Shown here in pieces: positions 56,861-64,000 of a DNA stretch of 64,000 nucleotides. The notes under the pieces are model-generated. The model was given only the letters and a program-made list of their open reading frames with translations. It was not told the origin of the DNA and did no database searches. This DNA is from an uncultured Planctomycetaceae bacterium (GTDB taxonomy: Bacteria > Planctomycetota > Planctomycetia > Isosphaerales > Isosphaeraceae). The stretch's first letter is position 1; each line of letters begins with the position of its first letter. The translations under genes were made by a program, and so were the position numbers. Location of the stretch: contig CAWIAD010000001.1 of the NCBI GenBank assembly GCA_963833985.1, positions 3,447,122-3,511,121 of the forward strand, given 5' to 3'.

Positions 56861-57227
56861 TGAAGGCCTCCATTTGAAACGCATCATGCGTTCGTAGCCG
56901 CGCGAACCATTCGCGCGGTCCAAATCCGGATTTTGCGTGTTCTTGAGAAAGGCCCTTCGGAGCGGTCATGCTCCAGCTTTTTACGTGGAGCATCATCTCC
57001 GGAAACCGGTATCCAATTTTCAGGATCATGCTGTACGGGCGAAACGGCAAGGCAAGCTCAATCGCGAATGGCGCGTATATAGAGCGACTCTGCCGATTTG
57101 GCAATCGGTGCCGGTGCGGCCGCGACGGGCAAATTAACGATTTATTTGCCGCGTTCTCGCCTTCTTCCCGCGTTGTGACAATGGCATGCCGCGTTGTCAT
57201 TTCGCCGCCGCTCGGGAGGGTACAGCG

Positions 57228-57602
57228 ATGTTGCGGGCAATCGCATTTTGTTTGATGGCATTCGCCGTGCCGGCGCAGGCGGAGACGGCCGCCGACGAAC
57301 GCACCGCGCTCGACGCCCTGATCGAACGGCATGCGAACGCCAACGGCGTGCCGGTCGCATTCGTGCGCCACGTCATCCGGCGCGAGAGCAATTTCAATCC
57401 GCGCGTCGTCGATCACGGCAATTACGGTCTGATGCAGATCCGGCTTGGCACCGCGCACGCGCTCGGCTACCGCGGCACGGCGGCGGGCCTGCTCGATCCG
57501 GACGTCAACATGACCTACGGAATGCGCTATCTTGCCGGCGCCTATCGCGCCGCCCACGGCAACGAAGCGCGCGCGATCGTGCTTTATTCGCGCGGTTACT
57601 AG
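57228..57602 (+). CDS. SLT lytic transglycosylase domain protein
   Basis: signal peptide, RESNF, GLMQI, N..YGMRYL. Confidence 0.88.
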   Translation: MLRAIAFCLMAFAVPAQAETAADERTALDALIERHANANGVPVAFVRHVIRRESNFNPRVVDHGNYGLMQIRLGTAHALGYRGTAAGLLDPDVNMTYGMRYLAGAYRAAHGNEARAIVLYSRGY

Positions 57603-57627
57603 CGCCATGGACAAATGGAGACGGTCG

Positions 57628-57936
57628 ATGCTGCGCAACCTGCGTTATGGGGTGTTGACCGCCAGCGCTGCGGCCCTGCTCGCGCAACCCGCCCTCATCC
57701 AATCGGCGCTGGCGCAGTCCGCGCATCAATACCACGCCCATCGCGGCCATTATCACCGCTATTACCTGTCCGAATATCAGCGGCAGCTTTATGTGCAGGC
57801 GACAATCCAGGGGGTCTTCCGTTCCCCCTTTTACGGTCCGTTCGGCGGCTATTATGAAGCCGCTGCCTCATCCCAATATGCCGGCCCGAACGAGCGCCAC
57901 TATTTCGGCCGCTATCTCGGCGACCCCCGAGACTAG
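57628..57936 (+). CDS. small secreted His/Tyr-rich hypothetical protein
   Basis: RBS GGAG, signal peptide, HQYHAHRGHYHRYY. Confidence 0.6.
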   Translation: MLRNLRYGVLTASAAALLAQPALIQSALAQSAHQYHAHRGHYHRYYLSEYQRQLYVQATIQGVFRSPFYGPFGGYYEAAASSQYAGPNERHYFGRYLGDPRD

Positions 57937-58007
57937 TAAGCTTCACGACTACAGCTCGTCGGGCAGACCATCCGGCGTATAGTCAGCGCGGCACCGGAGA
58001 GGACTTC

Positions 58008-58289
58008 ATGTCGTTGCTCAGTGCACTGCTCGACCGGCTTGCGCCCGCTCAGCCGGAAAAAATCGCGGAACCGGTCGAATACAACGGATTTGTCATTCGC
58101 GCCGCGCCGTTCAAGAGCGAGGGCCAGTACCAGACGGCGGGGGTCATCGAACGTGAGGTCGACGGCGTGCGCCGGGAGCACCGGTTCATCCGGGCCGATG
58201 CGTTCGCTTCCTACGACGACGCGGTGACCTTCACGCTCGGCAAGGCGCGGCAGATCGTCGATCTGCAAGGCGAGCGGATGTTCGGGTAG
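58008..58289 (+). CDS. HlyU-family (alphaproteobacterial) protein
   Basis: VEYNGFVI...GQYQTAG.I..HRFIRAD.F, KARQIVDLQGERMF. Confidence 0.8.
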   Translation: MSLLSALLDRLAPAQPEKIAEPVEYNGFVIRAAPFKSEGQYQTAGVIEREVDGVRREHRFIRADAFASYDDAVTFTLGKARQIVDLQGERMFG

Positions 58290-58353
58290 GGTTGCTCCAA
58301 GCGGGGCCCCGGCGGCGGCGTAAATTAAGCCTTAGCCATGGCGCCCGCCGGCT

Positions 58354-58381
58354 CTTCCGCTTGCCGGTCGAGCCCCCATAT
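58354..58381 (+). promoter_or_regulatory. possible RpoH-type promoter for clpB
   Basis: CCCCATAT -10 element; -35 is weak. Confidence 0.45.
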
Positions 58382-58536
58382 TTATTGCTGGCGGGTGCCT
58401 TCGGGGTCCGCCGGGCGTCGGGGTTCCTTCACCAGCTTGATCTGGATCAGCGAATTGCCGCACGCTCTCGTTACAACCCCATGACGATGTTCCGACCGCG
58501 CCGTAAGGGCTTTCGGAATAGGCCGAGGGAAGGGAT

Positions 58537-61132
58537 ATGAATTTCGAAAAATATACCGATCGCAGCCGCGGTTTCGTGCAATCCGCCCAGTCGCTCGCGA
58601 TGCGCGAGGGACATCAGCAATTTTCGCCCGAACACCTGCTCAAGGTTTTGCTTGACGATCCGGAGGGGCTCGCCGCCGGTCTTATTGACCGCTCCGGCGG
58701 CAACTCGCGTCAGGCTTTGTCAGCCGTAGAGGCGGCGCTTGCCAAGCGCGCCAAGGTTTCCGGCGGTGGCGCCGGCCAGGTCTATCTCGATCCGGCGCTG
58801 GCGCGTGTCTTCGAGACCGCCGAGAAAGCTGGCGAGAAGGCCGGCGACAGTTTTGTCACCGTTGAGCGGCTGCTTTTGGCGCTGGCGCTGGAGAAGGGGA
58901 GCGAGGCGGGCAAGATCCTCGCCAATGCCGGCGTAACGCCGCAAAACCTCAATGCCGCCATCGAGGCGCTGCGCAAGGGCCGCACCGCCAATTCCGCGTC
59001 CGCCGAAAACGCCTACGAGGCGCTGAAGAAATACGCCCGCGACCTCACCCAGGCGGCTCGCGACGGCAAGCTCGATCCGGTGATCGGGCGCGACGAGGAA
59101 ATCCGCAGGACGATTCAGGTGCTGTCGCGCCGGACCAAGAACAATCCGGTGCTGATCGGCGAGCCCGGCGTCGGCAAGACCGCGATCGTCGAGGGCCTGG
59201 CGCTGCGCATCGTCAACGGCGACGTGCCCGAGAGTCTGGAAGACAAGAAACTTCTGTCGCTCGATCATGGGCGCGCTCATTGCCGGGGCGAAATATCGCG
59301 GTGAGTTCGAGGAGCGCCTCAAGGCCGTCCTGCAGGAAGTGACGTCGTCCGCCGGCGCCTACATCCTGTTCATCGACGAAATGCACACCATCATCGGCGC
59401 GGGCAAGGCCGACGGTGCGATGGACGCCTCGAACCTGCTCAAGCCGGCGCTGGCGCGCGGCGAACTGCATTGTATCGGCGCCACCACGCTCGACGAATAC
59501 AAGAAACACGTCGAGAAGGATGCCGCGTTGGCGCGGCGCTTCCAGCCGATCTACGTCAATGAGCCGACGATCGAGGACACCATCTCGATTCTGCGCGGGC
59601 TCAAGGACAAGTATGAAGCCCATCACGGCGTGCGCATCACCGACGGCGCGCTGGTCGCGGCGGCGACACTCTCGCATCGCTACATCACCGACCGATTCCT
59701 GCCCGACAAGGCGATCGACCTTGTCGACGAGGCGGCGGCACGGTTGAAGATGCAGGTCGATTCCAAGCCGGAAGAACTCGACTCGATCGATCGCGAGATC
59801 ATCCGCCTCAAGATCGAGCAGGAGGCGCTGAAGAAAGAAGACGATCCCGGTTCGCGGTCCCGCCTCGGCGGTCTGGAAACCGAACTCGTGGCGCTGGAGA
59901 AAAAGTCTGCCGATCTGACGGCGCGCTGGAAATCCGAGAAGGAAAAGCTGTCCGGTGCCCAGAAGCTCAAGAACGAGCTCGACCACTTGCGGGTCGAACT
60001 CGCCAATGCGCAGCGCCGCGGCGAGTATCAGCGCGCCGGCGAGATTTCCTATGGCAGCATTCCGGAGATCGAGAAGCGGCTAAAGGCGATGGAAAGCGGC
60101 GAGGGGCGTGGCGCGATGGTCGAGGAGGCGGTCACCGCCAACCACATCGCGCAAGTGGTCTCGCGCTGGACCGGCATTCCGGTCGACCGCATGCTTGAAG
60201 GCGAAAAGGAAAAGCTCCTGCACATGGAGGAGCAGATCGGCAAACGCGTGATCGGCCAGGCTGACGCCGTCAAGGCGGTGTCCACCGCGGTGCGGCGGGC
60301 GCGCGCCGGACTGCAGGATCCGAACCGTCCGATCGGCTCGTTCATGTTCCTCGGACCGACCGGCGTCGGCAAAACCGAGCTTACCAAGGCGCTCGCCGAG
60401 TTCCTGTTCGACGACGAGACCGCGCTTATTCGCATCGACATGTCGGAATACATGGAGAAGCATTCGGTCGCGCGACTGATCGGCGCTCCTCCCGGCTATG
60501 TCGGTTACGAGGAGGGCGGGGCGCTCACCGAAGCGGTGCGGCGGCGGCCCTATCAGGTCGTGTTGTTCGACGAGATCGAGAAAGCGCACCCGGACGTCTT
60601 TAACGTCCTGCTGCAAGTGCTCGACGACGGCCGGCTGACCGATGGCCAGGGCCGCACGGTCGATTTTCGCAACACGCTGATTGTCATGACATCGAACCTT
60701 GGCGCCGAAATCCTGGTCAGCCAGCCCGAGGGTCAGGATACCGAGGCCGTGCGCGATCAGGTGATGGCGATTGTGCGGGCCAGCTTCCGGCCCGAGTTCC
60801 TCAACCGGGTGGATGAGATCATTCTGTTCCACCGGCTGCAGAAGTCGGAGATGGCGCGTATCGTCGACATTCAGATGAAGCGCCTGGCGCGGCTTCTTGA
60901 GGAGCGCAAGATTGCCGTTACGCTCGATCCCGCTGCCCGCGATTGGCTTGCCGACAAAGGCTGGGACCCTGCTTACGGCGCACGCCCGCTCAAGCGCGTG
61001 ATCCAGAAATTCGTGCAGGATCCCCTGGCCGAATTGATCCTCTCGGGCCGCATCAAGGATGGCGAGAAAGTCGCCATCGCGGCCGGCAAACAGGGGCTCA
61101 AGTTTAATGGCGAGGTTGCAGCGGCGGCGTAG
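58537..61132 (+). CDS. clpB: ATP-dependent chaperone ClpB (frameshift near 59265)
   Basis: [43 protein letters not shown]. Confidence 0.97.
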
Positions 61133-61481
61133 CGGCGATTTCGTTGAGGCGCTCGCGCACGTGCCCGACAAAGTAGCGGGCTTGCCCTTTCGGCAGGCCC
61201 GCCACGACGAGCGGGTTCAGCCCGCCCGAACTTTCCACGCTGATCCGGTCCCAGATCAAACCGCGGATATGCGTGACCTCGGCGATGTGTGACATCGGAA
61301 GGTGCTCGTCCGTGCGCCGCCACGGCGTGAGCCAGAAGCTGACGATGTTGGTCGAAATGCCGATGTGGTCGGCCGTCATGCTCGGTGGAAACAGCAGGCG
61401 GGTCAAATTGAAATGCGACAGCGCCCACAGCCGGCTCGAACGTACTTCGAGGCGCTCGTCAACGATATACTCGTCCACCAA
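61104..61481 (-). CDS. hypothetical protein (possibly bacterial PH-like)
   Basis: [17 protein letters not shown]....[14 protein letters not shown]. Confidence 0.6.
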   Translation of the reverse strand: MVDEYIVDERLEVRSSRLWALSHFNLTRLLFPPSMTADHIGISTNIVSFWLTPWRRTDEHLPMSHIAEVTHIRGLIWDRISVESSGGLNPLVVAGLPKGQARYFVGHVRERLNEIAATPPLQPRH

Positions 61482-61493
61482 CTTGTCCTGACT

Positions 61494-61617
61494 AGAGCAT
61501 GATCCGGAAAAGTGGAAGCCGGTTTTCCGAAAAGATCATGCTCCACCAAAGAATATGATCCGGAAAAAGCCTGCCCCGGACTTGATCCGGGGTGGAAGCC
61601 GGTTTTCCGAAAAGATT
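61494..61617. repeat. two adjacent GCATGATCCGGAAAAG-type palindromic repeats
   Basis: GAGCATGATCCGGAAAAGTGGAAGCCGGTTTTCCGAAAAGATCATGCTC plus a second copy with an inserted hairpin. Confidence 0.8.
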
Positions 61618-63610
61618 CAGTGACTTTGCGCGACGCGTCCGGGCGCCCGCGCCATCGCCGAGTCGAGTTGCTCGCGGGTCTTTTCGAAAAGGGCGAGTGC
61701 GGTGCCGTCGAGTACGCGGCCACGCGGTAGCTTGATGCGCATCGGATCGACGAAGCGATCGTTCACCAAAATCTCGTAGTGCACGTGGGCGCCGGTCGAG
61801 AGACCGGTCGAGCCGACAAAACCGATCACCTGGCCTTGCCGCACGCGGCTGCCGACATTGAGACCGCGCGCGAACGCGGTCATGTGGCCGTAGGCGGTCT
61901 GGTAGCCGTTGGCGTGGCGAATGCGGATGTATTTGCCGTAGCCGCCCTTGAGACCGATTTCGTCGATGGCGCCGTTGCCGGCGGCGAAGATGGGCGTGCC
62001 GAACGGTGCCGCCCAATCGACGCCGGTATGCATTTTCATGTAGTGGAGCAACGGGTGATTGCGCTCGCCGAACCCGGAACGCATGATGCCGATGGCTACC
62101 GGTTTGCGTACGAGGAACTTCTTGGCGCTCTTTCCGGTCTCGTCGTAATAGTCATACGTGCCGTCGTCGGCCGTTTGATAGTGGTAGTATCTCTTGCTCT
62201 CGCCGCCGACTGTCAGCGAAACGTAGCGCACCTCGCTCTTGCCGTCGTTGTTCTCGTCGTCCGAGTACAAGACGTCGAATGAATCGCCCGCCTGCACCTT
62301 GCGCTGAAAGTCAACGTCGTACGAGTAGATGCGGATCATCTCCTCGATCACAGGGGTTGGCACGTTGTTGCGTAGCGCCGTCTCGTAGACGCTCTGGTAA
62401 AGCCGCACGCCGCTGCCATCGTCGTTGCTGGCTTCGTCCTCATCTCCTTCGGCGACACCAGTGACGACATTGCGAATATCGACGGCAACGTATTTGCCGG
62501 TGTCGGAGATCGCCGCCGCCGCTTCGACGCCGTCGTCGCCCGAAATGATCACGCGCAGCGGCTTCATGTGTCCGACACCGACCGCCGCGGTGAGTATTCG
62601 CAGCTTCTGGCCTTCCTTTACTGCGCCCTCTTTCGCGCGGGCGCCGAGTACCGCAAGGATGCCCTTGATCTCCTCCGGAGTGCCGCCAAGTTCGCGGAGG
62701 ATCGAGCCGACGGTCTCGCCCTTTTTCACGATGACGAGATGCTCGCTCCAATCGCTGTTGCCGTTCGATTTTGGCAGAAGGGTAATATTTTCAGGAACGA
62801 CGCGCGCTTCGAACCCGACATATGGGTCGGTGTCGCCCTCGGCCGCGTAGTTCAATCTGATGCCAGGCGTCGCACTCGCGTCAGCATTTGCCAGCAGCGG
62901 TGAGCTCGCGGCTTTACCGGCGGCGTCCCGCACGCGGGCGATGACTTCGTCGAGCGGCAGAAGCGAGGATTGTTTGACCTTCGGCAGCAGCGAATTGAGA
63001 TCGCACACCGCCGACGTCACTTTGCCTTTGGCGATCGGGGGCGAGAAATCGCAGGTGACGAAGGTCACCTCGGCATCCGGTTCTGCCGTCGGCGGCGGCT
63101 CGTCGGCATTCGCCACGCCATCGGCAAGCAGCTTTTGCGGGTTGAACGGCGGAATGTTGGCGGAAATTTCCGAAAGCGACAGCGCAAGATTGCCGGCGAC
63201 GCGCACAAAGGTGCGCGTTCGTACCAGTTCGCGCTCGCGGACCCGCGTACTGATCGGCACCCTCACGATCTGGCGTGCCACACTCAATTCGCTGACGGCT
63301 GCCATCCGATCGGCTTTGTGAATTGCGCTTAACCGGCCGCCGGCGAGCGCTCCGCGCAAAGCCAGTTCGACGTGCTCCGGCGCCGATGCAAAACTCGTTT
63401 CGCCGTCGAGAGAAGCATAAACGGCGCCCCCCATCAGGGCGGCGCCGCACAAGCCGGTCAGGATTGTGCCGGCGAACCATTGAATAGAGAGCCGGCGCCG
63501 GTCGACCAGACCGCCAGTCCCCCATCAACCGAAAGCGGCGGTTCATTGCCGAGATTGATCGCCTCGGCGTCGAACCTCCGATTTGCGCCGCGCAGCCTAG
63601 CTTGGTCCAA
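61617..63610 (-). CDS. M23 metallopeptidase (frameshift near 63520; start approximate)
   Basis: HTGVDWAA (HxxxD), STGAHVHYE (HxH); N-terminal DRRRLSIQWFAGTILTG. Confidence 0.92.
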
Positions 63611-63941
63611 GACCACGGTTCCCCTGCACTCGCGATCGCGTCGGACGAATTACGCCGTCGCCTGTGATTTGGACGGCGCACAAACCCCCATTCGGGCCAG
63701 TCCAAGTCGACCGGACCGCGAAGGTCAAATGTTCACTGGATAGTGGCGCTCCCCCGCATTGCGCATCCCCGACGCGACGCTACAAAGAACGGCGCAGGAA
63801 TGTGGCCGCAGTGCGGCGTGGGCCGCTGCGAATGCACGGCCCGAAGATGGCATCCGGCGGGACAAGGGCGCCGCGCGTCGCCCGGCAGAAATTGTCGGTT
63901 TCACGGGAGATTCACAGGGCTGTATTTTCGTGTCCAAACCG

Positions 63942-63970
63942 TTGACAAGGTCCATGCCTGAAGACTATAT
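63942..63970 (+). promoter_or_regulatory. strong sigma70 promoter, possibly of an rRNA operon beyond the window
   Basis: TTGACA-N17-CTATAT followed by a GC-rich discriminator. Confidence 0.65.
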
Positions 63971-64000
63971 AGGCCCTCTTGGCGCGCCGCCGCCTGCGCG

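Overview
GC-rich alphaproteobacterial chromosome segment. Gene content and synteny suggest Hyphomicrobiales, probably Xanthobacteraceae/Nitrobacteraceae-like (inference). Most of it is a housekeeping backbone: etfBA-hbd, tlpA/argH/lysA/TIGR02302, ggt, msrB, LysR(LsrB/VtlR-like)-trxB, greA-carB, carA, yqeY-dnaG-rpoD, csp, clpB, an M23 peptidase, and a strong sigma70 promoter at the right edge. Many essential genes carry single frameshifts, most likely long-read consensus errors. Accessory features of interest: (1) a PQQ alcohol dehydrogenase with the lanthanide-type D-x-D motif, next to a di-haem cytochrome c; (2) a RAYT transposase with a GTAG-REP and a 4-unit ABAB tandem REP-doublet array; (3) an AbcR/alpha-r15-like sRNA with an LsrB-type box; (4) a structured leader and terminator in front of carB; (5) between carA and carB, an ECF sigma / anti-sigma / subtilase operon with a divergent Gly-rich secreted protein, where twin ECF promoters are visible and the anti-sigma's outer domain resembles the subtilase's own propeptide; (6) an AT-rich DUF262-HEPN defence-like cassette after rpoD, with the DUF262 gene split by an IS3-family element; (7) a promoter-and-terminator-bounded ~400-nt structured non-coding region; (8) a diguanylate cyclase with a VUT/YhhQ-like membrane domain. 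All family assignments come from motif recognition by eye; no database searches were run.
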